A DNA stretch of 64,000 bases. Source: Smithellaceae bacterium (lineage in GTDB: Bacteria > Desulfobacterota > Syntrophia > Syntrophales > Smithellaceae). A program made the translations under genes and the position numbers. Location of the stretch: NCBI GenBank assembly GCA_963663295.2, contig CAXXLA010000005.1, positions 792,840 to 856,839 on the forward strand, read 5' to 3'. This document shows, in pieces, positions 56,848 to 64,000 of this stretch. The stretch's first letter is position 1. Every line of letters starts with the position of its first letter. The notes under the pieces are model-generated. The model was not told where the DNA came from. It ran no database searches and saw only the letters and a program-made list of their open reading frames with translations.

Positions 56848-57618
56848 CTATTTGCCTTCTTTGATTAACATCGTCGCCGGATCGAGCAGCAGGGAATGCT
56901 TTTTTGCATCCGCTGACTGTCCTTTCAGGGCTTTAATATAGACTTCATCGCCTTTTGCCTCCAACTGGACAATAACATCGAAGAGGTCGGCGACATGCAG
57001 GAAAGAAACGGGCAGACCATTATCTGCCGGAGGTTCATGGCGATGGGCATGCACGGTAAACCATATCCTCATTGCATACTTTTTTGCCAGTTCTTTTAAA
57101 AGTAAAAGCTGCCCGCGGCCGGCCTGATCAAATCTCAAACCGTCAATAATCACAGTATGCGGCTTGAAAATATTTTGCTGCAGCAAATCGGTCAGACGCT
57201 CTTCCAGTGTGGGAACGCTGAAACTTTCCACCCTGAAGGTCATGATAAATCGATAGGGCTGGATTTTATCCCAGTATTCCTGAATTTCCGGTTCGGTAAA
57301 ATTTCCGGCGATATTGTGAAACAGTTCACGATACCAGATGTCCACCTTACTTACCGCATCGTGCAGGCTCACATGCAAAACGGATTCTTCCCTTATCATC
57401 ATGTTTAAAGCCACTTGAACAAGCAAGGCGGTTTTACCCACTCCGGCATGCGCCATAACAGCGCCTAATCCTCCATTGAGCAAAATGTCTTCCTGCTCAT
57501 AGCCCAGCTTTATCAATGGATTGCGGTATATTATTTCCTTTTTCAGCATGACGATGTCCTTGTATGTTAAACGGATTATATTCTCTTCACGTCTTAACGC
57601 GGTCGTGTTTCTTGACAT
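56848..57618 (-). CDS. RecA-superfamily (KaiC/DnaB-C-like) ATPase, hypothetical
   Basis: Walker A AHAGVGKTALL and Walker B HTVIIDGL. Tightly packed between the EF-G paralog and mobB. Confidence 0.55.
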   Translation of the reverse strand: MSRNTTALRREENIIRLTYKDIVMLKKEIIYRNPLIKLGYEQEDILLNGGLGAVMAHAGVGKTALLVQVALNMMIREESVLHVSLHDAVSKVDIWYRELFHNIAGNFTEPEIQEYWDKIQPYRFIMTFRVESFSVPTLEERLTDLLQQNIFKPHTVIIDGLRFDQAGRGQLLLLKELAKKYAMRIWFTVHAHRHEPPADNGLPVSFLHVADLFDVIVQLEAKGDEVYIKALKGQSADAKKHSLLLDPATMLIKEGK

Positions 57619-57627
57619 TTTTTAGTT

Positions 57628-59715
57628 TTAAGCGGCTGTTTTCTTGTTCTGAGCTACTTCCAAAGCAATCTTTTCGGCAATCGACTGCGGAACAAGCCTG
57701 TATTGTGCAAATTCCATAGTAAATTGAGCCTTGCCTTGCGTTGATGAACGCAGCACGGTTGAAAACCCGAACATTTCCGCCAGAGGTACTTGTGATTCAA
57801 CCACACACATAACGCCTTCATCCTGCGAGCCGACAATCATACCGCGACGCTGATTCAAAAGCCCCATAACCGCTCCCTGGAATTCAGGCGGAGTCTCGAC
57901 AACGACCTTCATTATCGGTTCATGCACAACCGGCTTCGCCCGGAGATAGGCTTCTCGAAACGCACCACGTGCCGCAGCCTGAAAGGCCATGTCCGAGGAG
58001 TCAACAGCATGAGAAGATCCGTCATTGATTACCACTCTGACGCCGGTGATTGGGAACTCCAGTTTGGGCCCCTTCTCCATGCTTTGCCGGAATCCTTTTT
58101 CGCAGGCGGGAATGTACTGTGTAGGAATCGCGCCGCCGACTATCTTATTGTCAAAAATGAATTCGGCCTCGGTAATGGGCTCGATATAACCGGCAATACG
58201 GCCAAATTGGCCTGCACCACCGGTTTGCTTTTTATGAGTATAATTAAAATCGGCGCGCTGGGTAATAGTTTCACGGTAAGCAACACGGGGATTTCCTGTC
58301 GTCACCTCTGCACCGTACTCGCGCCGCATCCTTTCAACATAGACATCCAGATGCAGTTCACCCATTCCTTCGATTATCGTTTCATTTGTTTCCTGATCGA
58401 CAAAAGTCTTAAACGTCGGGTCTTCCTTGGAGAATCTGTTTAAAGCCTTCGACATGGCCATTTGTGACTTGTTGTCCTTAGGCGATATGGCCAGCGAAAT
58501 AACCGGTTTGGGAACATACATGGAGGTCATGGTCAGGTTAATACCTGAAGACACAAAAGTATCGCCGGAAGAACATTCAATTCCGAAGAGAGCACCAATG
58601 TAGCCGGACTGCAGATTTTCAACTTCTTCCATCTGATCGGCATGCATGCGGACAACGCGTCCGACTTTCACTTTTTTACCGCTCCGGACATTAACAATTG
58701 TCGATCCCTTGGACACCGTTCCCTGGTAAACACGGATATAAGTCAGTTGACCATATTTGCCGTCTTCCAATTTGAAAGCCAGCGCAACAATCGGTTTATC
58801 CGGGTCATTTTCCAATACAACCGGCTCTTCATTTTTTTCCATATCCAGCGCGACATTTTCCACTTCGGAAGGACATGGTAAAAGATAGTTAACTCCGTCG
58901 AGTAAAGGCTGAATTGCTTTATTTTTATAGGCAGATCCCATATAAACGGGAGTAATTCCTCTTTTTAAAGTACCTTTACGCACTGCGGCATAAAGCACTT
59001 CCTGCGTAATTTCTTTTTCTTCCAGAATCGCTTCGGTCAGTTCATCAGAGAACATCGATGCCGCATCAATCAATTCTTCCCTTCTTGATTTCGCTTCAGC
59101 CAGAAGTTTTTGTGGAATTTCTTCCGTGCGGATTATTTCCCCATTATCTCCATCAAAGTAAAGCGCTTTCATGCTGACAAGATCGATCACTCCTTCCAGA
59201 TCAGTTTCCAGGCCGATAGGAATTTGCATTGCCACAGCATTGTGTCCCAGTTTAGACCGCAGTTGATTGATTACCCGGAAAGGATTGGCGCCACTGCGAT
59301 CACACTTATTAATAAAAGCAATACAGGGAACTTTATATCTCTTCATTTGCATGTCGACGGTAATTGATTGGGATTGAACGCCGCCAACAGCGCATAAAAC
59401 TAGAATAGCACCATCCAAAACTCGAAGAGACCTTTCTACTTCTATAGTAAAGTCGACATGTCCCGGAGTGTCAATAATATTGACCTCATAGCCGTTCCAT
59501 TCGCAATATGTAGCTGCAGAAGCAATTGTAATTCCACGTTCTTTTTCCAATTCCATAGAATCCATCGTCGCTCCCACACCATCTTTCCCTTTGACGTCAT
59601 GAATGGCATGTATTCTCTTGGTATAGAAAAGAATTCTTTCCGTTAGAGTGGTTTTCCCGGAATCAATATGGGCGCTGATGCCGATATTGCGAATTTTTAC
59701 ATCGTCGATTTTCAT
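57628..59715 (-). CDS. fusA: elongation factor G (paralog not located in the str operon)
   Basis: [26 protein letters not shown] GTPase motifs and full five-domain length (695 aa). Confidence 0.9.
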   Translation of the reverse strand: MKIDDVKIRNIGISAHIDSGKTTLTERILFYTKRIHAIHDVKGKDGVGATMDSMELEKERGITIASAATYCEWNGYEVNIIDTPGHVDFTIEVERSLRVLDGAILVLCAVGGVQSQSITVDMQMKRYKVPCIAFINKCDRSGANPFRVINQLRSKLGHNAVAMQIPIGLETDLEGVIDLVSMKALYFDGDNGEIIRTEEIPQKLLAEAKSRREELIDAASMFSDELTEAILEEKEITQEVLYAAVRKGTLKRGITPVYMGSAYKNKAIQPLLDGVNYLLPCPSEVENVALDMEKNEEPVVLENDPDKPIVALAFKLEDGKYGQLTYIRVYQGTVSKGSTIVNVRSGKKVKVGRVVRMHADQMEEVENLQSGYIGALFGIECSSGDTFVSSGINLTMTSMYVPKPVISLAISPKDNKSQMAMSKALNRFSKEDPTFKTFVDQETNETIIEGMGELHLDVYVERMRREYGAEVTTGNPRVAYRETITQRADFNYTHKKQTGGAGQFGRIAGYIEPITEAEFIFDNKIVGGAIPTQYIPACEKGFRQSMEKGPKLEFPITGVRVVINDGSSHAVDSSDMAFQAAARGAFREAYLRAKPVVHEPIMKVVVETPPEFQGAVMGLLNQRRGMIVGSQDEGVMCVVESQVPLAEMFGFSTVLRSSTQGKAQFTMEFAQYRLVPQSIAEKIALEVAQNKKTAA

Positions 59716-59948
59716 TTCCTAATAAACCTTCCTTAAAATAATCATCTGATCCAATACATCAATAAAAAAATCCCCTCATTTGGAAGAGTCTCTGCCAGAT
59801 GTGGGGATCTAACGTTAACAAACAACTCAATTTTGCATTGTATATATGTTGCGATGCAATATGTCAAGCCAATTTTTTCTTTTATACCTGGCTTGACATA
59901 GTTTTCAGAGCACATATATTTACCAAAAATGGTTGTGAGGTATTGAAA

Positions 59949-60200
59949 ATGGCTTATAAGGTAAAAATATATGCTTTGAGTACCTGTAGTCATTGTAAGG
60001 CCACGAAAAAATTTCTGAATGACATTGGAATTAAGTTTAAATGCACGGACGTAGATTTACTCGAAGGATCAGAAAGGGAAAATGTTCTAAAGGAAGTGGT
60101 CAAATATAATCCTCAAAGATCATTTCCGACCATTATAATAGGCGATAAGATAATAGTAGGCTTCCGGGAAGCCGATATCAAGAAAGCATTGGGTATTTAA
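59949..60200 (+). CDS. glutaredoxin-like small redox protein (CxxC)
   Basis: KIYALSTCSHCKATKKFL and SFPTIIIGDKIIVGF. The ATG at 59949 follows GAGG. Confidence 0.8.
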   Translation: MAYKVKIYALSTCSHCKATKKFLNDIGIKFKCTDVDLLEGSERENVLKEVVKYNPQRSFPTIIIGDKIIVGFREADIKKALGI

Positions 60201-60201
60201 A

Positions 60202-60534
60202 ATGACTTCCGACGAGCTTTATGAAACGCTGAAGAAAATTCAGGAACCTAAAGGTTTTTTCTTTAATAAGGATAAAGATCTGGTTTTGGAGATTCTTAAA
60301 GACCTTTTAATAAATAAGGAACGATACGGCTACATGTCCTGCCCGTGCCGCCTCGCCAGCGGTGACCGCGAAAAAGACCGGGATATCTTTTGTCCCTGTG
60401 CTTACCGCCCGGACGACGTCAAAGAATATGGCAGTTGTTATTGCAATTTATACGTCTCTCAGGAATGGAATGAAGGGAAAATTGAACACCAGTATGTCCC
60501 TGAAAGAAGACCTGCGGAGAAAATGGCTTTTTAA
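60202..60534 (+). CDS. ferredoxin:thioredoxin reductase catalytic-subunit-like protein (FTR/FDR family)
   Basis: CPCR...CPC...CYC cysteine pattern of the FTR catalytic subunit. Starts 1 nt after the grx stop. Confidence 0.8.
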   Translation: MTSDELYETLKKIQEPKGFFFNKDKDLVLEILKDLLINKERYGYMSCPCRLASGDREKDRDIFCPCAYRPDDVKEYGSCYCNLYVSQEWNEGKIEHQYVPERRPAEKMAF

Positions 60535-60630
60535 TCGGAGCGCTACTAATTATATATTTTATTTTATTGACAAAATAATAAATAAAAATGATAATTAAAT
60601 ATTTATAAAACATGACTAAGGATTATTTAT

Positions 60631-60915
60631 ATGATTAACCAATATAAGTGCAAGAAAAAGGGAACTTTGATTGACGAAGTGTGCCTCGATACCACCTGTG
60701 AATGGCGTTTAAAAAATGAAGCTTTCTTAAATTGCACGTGGGTAGCTTGTAATTTTGGGCCTTTTACTTTGGAAGAAGTGGGTGACATGATGGGTGTCAC
60801 CAGGGAACGAATCCGCCAAATCGAAGCCAAGGCCTTGAAAAAACTGCAACATAAGAAAAGAAGAGATCAACTGAAAGATTTTGCGGCACCTGGTAATGAC
60901 TGGGATAACCTTTAA
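60631..60915 (+). CDS. small Cys-rich protein carrying a sigma-70 region-4.2-type HTH
   Basis: [28 protein letters not shown] matches the region 4.2 consensus. The N-terminus has 5 Cys (C7, C18, C23, C35, C40). Regions 2 and 3 are absent. Confidence 0.65.
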   Translation: MINQYKCKKKGTLIDEVCLDTTCEWRLKNEAFLNCTWVACNFGPFTLEEVGDMMGVTRERIRQIEAKALKKLQHKKRRDQLKDFAAPGNDWDNL

Positions 60916-60966
60916 ATTTTCACTGTTTTTCCAATTAGAAACAATATGAAAGCTACATTGGTGCGG

Positions 60967-60987
60967 CGTCCGGATGCTTTCCGGACG
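60967..60987. terminator. hairpin between convergent genes
   Basis: CGTCCGGA-TGCTT-TCCGGACG, an 8-bp stem. Confidence 0.45.
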
Positions 60988-61039
60988 TGTACTTCATGTA
61001 ACTGCCGTGTTTTTCTTCTCCAGGAAAACCGTTTTCAGG

Positions 61040-61321
61040 TTAATTATTATCAACTTTTGATCGCAGTTCCTTTCCTGTTTTAAAAAAAGGAATTTTTCTG
61101 TTTTCCAGTTTAACTTCGGCACCCGATTTGGGATTTCGCCCTAAGCGAGCTTTTCTTTCGCGAATGGTTATGTTTCCAAATCCTCTTATTTCGATGCGCT
61201 CACCGCGTTTCAATGCATCAACCATTGAATCAAATATTATATTTACCGCATAAGAGACATCTTTCTGGGTATAGATTTTCAAAGTTTCCTGCAATTTTAT
61301 GATTAAATCTTTTTTTGTCAT
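61040..61321 (-). CDS. ihfB: integration host factor beta subunit (HU/IHF family)
   Basis: RIEIRGFGNITIRERKARLGRNPKSGAEVKLENRKIPFFKTGKELR. Lies downstream of rpsA, as in many Proteobacteria. Confidence 0.85.
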   Translation of the reverse strand: MTKKDLIIKLQETLKIYTQKDVSYAVNIIFDSMVDALKRGERIEIRGFGNITIRERKARLGRNPKSGAEVKLENRKIPFFKTGKELRSKVDNN

Positions 61322-61330
61322 GTTTATTTT

Positions 61331-62221
61331 TCAAGGACAATACAAATAGCCGATACCGCCCCAATTTTCGATTTTTCCTTTTAAAGAGCGGTTAACTTGG
61401 TTTGCCGCACTTTCGAACATATAATCAAAAATTGATGCTCTTTTTTGCGGTGGATAGACAAGATCATACTTTCCACTTTTCCCGGCTAACTGACTGGCTA
61501 ACCTGGCAGCGGAACCCATATTTCCCAGATAATCGACCAACCCATATTCCCGCGCCTGGCGTCCGGAGAAAACCCTGCCATCGGCAATACTTATTACCTT
61601 TTGCCGTGAAATATTACGGTTATGGACAATGACATCGACAAATTGATTGTAAATATCATCAACCAGGTCCTGGATTATTTTTCTTTCTTCCGGAGTCATT
61701 TCTCTCAAAGGCGAGCCGATATCTTTATATTTGCCGCTTTTCACCGCCGAAGCCTTCAGACCGATTTTTTTCAGCAGTTCCTCAACATTAGCAAACTGCA
61801 TAATTGCCGAAATGCTTCCTGTAATGGTGCCGGAATTGGCAACAATTTTATCCGCTCCGCAGGCAATTAATAACCCACCGGAAGCAGCAACCGAACCCAT
61901 CGATGCCACAACTTTTTTTCGTTTTTTCAGTTGAACGACGGCATCATAAATTTCCTGCGAAGCAGCGACACCACCGCCCGGTGAATCAATTCGGAGGACC
62001 ACGGCGACAATGGAATCATCCCTGCCGAAATCCTCCAATTGCTCGATAATTTCCCTGGAATCGGTGATAACACCATTAATAGTCACGACACCGATTTGAT
62101 CGTTTAAAGAAAAACTTTTTGCTTTTCCCGTACGAGCACCGATTCCATAGAAGAAAAAATATAAAACAACCGCCAAAACAATAAGTAAAAGCATTCCTAA
62201 AAATACAGGATGTTTTCTCAT
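61331..62221 (-). CDS. sppA: signal peptide peptidase SppA (36K type)
   Basis: SPGGGVAASQEI and MGSVAASGGLLIACGADKIVA (Ser nucleophile region). N-terminal TM. Confidence 0.85.
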   Translation of the reverse strand: MRKHPVFLGMLLLIVLAVVLYFFFYGIGARTGKAKSFSLNDQIGVVTINGVITDSREIIEQLEDFGRDDSIVAVVLRIDSPGGGVAASQEIYDAVVQLKKRKKVVASMGSVAASGGLLIACGADKIVANSGTITGSISAIMQFANVEELLKKIGLKASAVKSGKYKDIGSPLREMTPEERKIIQDLVDDIYNQFVDVIVHNRNISRQKVISIADGRVFSGRQAREYGLVDYLGNMGSAARLASQLAGKSGKYDLVYPPQKRASIFDYMFESAANQVNRSLKGKIENWGGIGYLYCP

Positions 62222-62224
62222 GCT

Positions 62225-63979
62225 TTATGCACCTTTTGGTGGATTGCCTATCCTTACATCCGCCAGCGCCTGGGCCAGACTGGAACCTATATTTTCCGTA
62301 TTATTGAGATATTGATTCTTCGCCGGAGTCGGGGGAGGAGCTTCCATATCTTTAATGCTCAACCTGATTTTCTTAGCTTTAGTGTCAATACTCTTTACAT
62401 AAGCTGATACCGAGTCTCCCACTGAATAAAGTTCCGAAGAGCTCTTTACCCGTTTCTGGCTTATTTCAGAAATATGGACAAGACCTTCAATTCCTTCTTC
62501 AATTTCCACAAAAATTCCGAAATCGGTAAAGTTCGTTATCTTGCCGGTTACAATACTGCCCGGAACATATTTCTGGGCCAGATCTTCCCAGGGATTCTTT
62601 TCAATTTGCTTAATACCCAGGGAAAACTTTTCATTTTCGATATCTACATTTAAAACAACTGCTTCGACTTCCTGTCCCTTTTTAAAATGTTCGGCCGGAT
62701 GAGTCACTCTATGCTTCCAGGATATATCGGAAACGTGCACCAATCCGTCAATCCCTTCTTCAATGCCGATAAAAACACCGAAATTAGTTATATTACGGAC
62801 AACACCTTTAACAACAGTCCCAACCTTGTATTTTTCCCGAAGTTTTTCCCAGGGATTGGGTGATGTTTGTTTTAAACTTAAAGATACGCGCTTGGCTTCC
62901 GGATTTACTTCCAGGACAACCACGTTTATTGTTTCGCCAACACTCAACACTTTTGAGGGATGCTTGATTTCTCTTGTCCAGTACATTTCAGATATATGGA
63001 CCAGACCTTCAACACCAGGTTCCAGTTCCACAAAAACACCGTAATCAGTCAGATTTACAACTTTACCGCTGACTAAAGCGCCGACAGGATATTTTTCAGT
63101 AATTTGCTCCCAGGGATTTCCCGTCAATTGTTTCAAACCTAAAGAAACTTTTTCTTTTTCCGGGTCAAAGGAAAGGACTTTTACCGTAATTTTGTCGCCT
63201 TTATGGAAATTTTCCGCCGGTTTGGCAATGCGTCCCCAGGAAATATCCGTGACATGAAGAAGTCCGTCGATCCCGCCCAAATCAACAAAAATACCGTAAT
63301 CGGTAATATTTTTAATAATACCTTCGATGACGCTTCCTTCTTTTATATTACTTAACGTTTCTTTCTTTTCCGCTTCTCTTTCGGCCGCAACAATTGATCT
63401 GCGGGACAAAACGACATTGTTACGTTTCCGGTCATACTTTAATATATGAAAATCCAGTGTCTGGCCGACAAATTTATCTAAATCTTTAACGGGGCGTGTA
63501 TCTATCTGTGAACCAGGCAAGAAGGCGGTCACACCGATATCAACTGAAAGGCCGCCTTTGACCTTTTCAATAACTTTGCCTTTAATCGTACTATTATTTT
63601 CACAAACACTCTTAATCTCATCCCAGACTTTTAATTTCGCTGCCTTCTCTCTGGATAAAATCAAATTTCCTTCAGAATCTCTTTTGTCAATGAACACCAC
63701 TATATCGTCACCGACGGCAATGTTCATATTCCCTTCCGCATCTCGAAGTTCCTTGGCAGGAATAAAACCTTCGGTTTTCCAACCAACATCGACCATCACG
63801 GTATCCGCATTAATTTGCACCACTTTACCGGTTGCGATATCTCCGTATTGTATTTGATTGAGACTCTGTTCGTAGAGTTCTTTGAAACCGACATCTTCTT
63901 CCTGAGATTGAAATGCGTGTACTGCTGAATCTTTTTCTACATCTTCCTTAGCAAAGTTTGAGTTATTATTGTTAACCAT
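62225..63979 (-). CDS. rpsA: 30S ribosomal protein S1
   Basis: Six S1 repeats (G.VV.G.V......G.FV..G...GL.H.SE pattern). 584 aa. Confidence 0.95.
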   Translation of the reverse strand: MVNNNNSNFAKEDVEKDSAVHAFQSQEEDVGFKELYEQSLNQIQYGDIATGKVVQINADTVMVDVGWKTEGFIPAKELRDAEGNMNIAVGDDIVVFIDKRDSEGNLILSREKAAKLKVWDEIKSVCENNSTIKGKVIEKVKGGLSVDIGVTAFLPGSQIDTRPVKDLDKFVGQTLDFHILKYDRKRNNVVLSRRSIVAAEREAEKKETLSNIKEGSVIEGIIKNITDYGIFVDLGGIDGLLHVTDISWGRIAKPAENFHKGDKITVKVLSFDPEKEKVSLGLKQLTGNPWEQITEKYPVGALVSGKVVNLTDYGVFVELEPGVEGLVHISEMYWTREIKHPSKVLSVGETINVVVLEVNPEAKRVSLSLKQTSPNPWEKLREKYKVGTVVKGVVRNITNFGVFIGIEEGIDGLVHVSDISWKHRVTHPAEHFKKGQEVEAVVLNVDIENEKFSLGIKQIEKNPWEDLAQKYVPGSIVTGKITNFTDFGIFVEIEEGIEGLVHISEISQKRVKSSSELYSVGDSVSAYVKSIDTKAKKIRLSIKDMEAPPPTPAKNQYLNNTENIGSSLAQALADVRIGNPPKGA

Positions 63980-64000
63980 TAACCAACACCCCCCTGTTTT

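Noticed and set aside
59742-59993. 83-aa minus-strand ORF, and the 50-codon N-terminal extension (59799-59948) of the glutaredoxin-like gene
   Set aside because: Both lie in the AT-rich divergent promoter region between fusA and grx. The ATG at 59949 has a GAGG RBS and gives a normal-length glutaredoxin.

Overview
64-kb chromosomal window that looks like a Desulfobacterota-type (deltaproteobacterial) anaerobe. This is an inference from gene content only: MetF with a Cys-rich C-terminal domain, class 1B dihydroorotate dehydrogenase pyrK-pyrD, an EF-G paralog, an FTR-like reductase with a glutaredoxin, and LptFG. I support about 65 protein-coding genes, one tRNA-Arg(CCG) and no rRNA or CRISPR. 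Most of the window is housekeeping or envelope genes: AmiC-like amidase, an MCP, an LtaS-like sulfatase, TatA, a LolCDE-like ABC cluster, MgtA, a TolC/MFP/RND efflux operon, LptFG, Dus, PyrKD, RimI, EF-G, IHF-beta, SppA and ribosomal protein S1. Four things are not ordinary. (1) A 7.2-kb island sits at the tRNA-Arg 3' end. It carries only integration and replication genes plus AT-rich cargo, and it is bounded by a repeat of the tRNA 3' half. This is a phage-satellite-like or minimal integrative element. (2) A 4.3-kb accessory segment lies between lptG and dus and is bracketed by two same-orientation copies of a structured 125-140-bp repeat. It holds a translationally coupled operon (TM protein, unknown protein, GT4 glycosyltransferase) with a near-consensus promoter. 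(3) The same segment holds a cassette-like string of small ORFs. Each ORF is followed by a structured element ending in the same 17-18-nt box, and one element resembles an integron attC hairpin. (4) Two dispersed MITE/REP-like repeat families (3 and 4 copies) show compensatory changes in their inverted arms. All functional calls come from motif recognition in the supplied translations. No database search was run.
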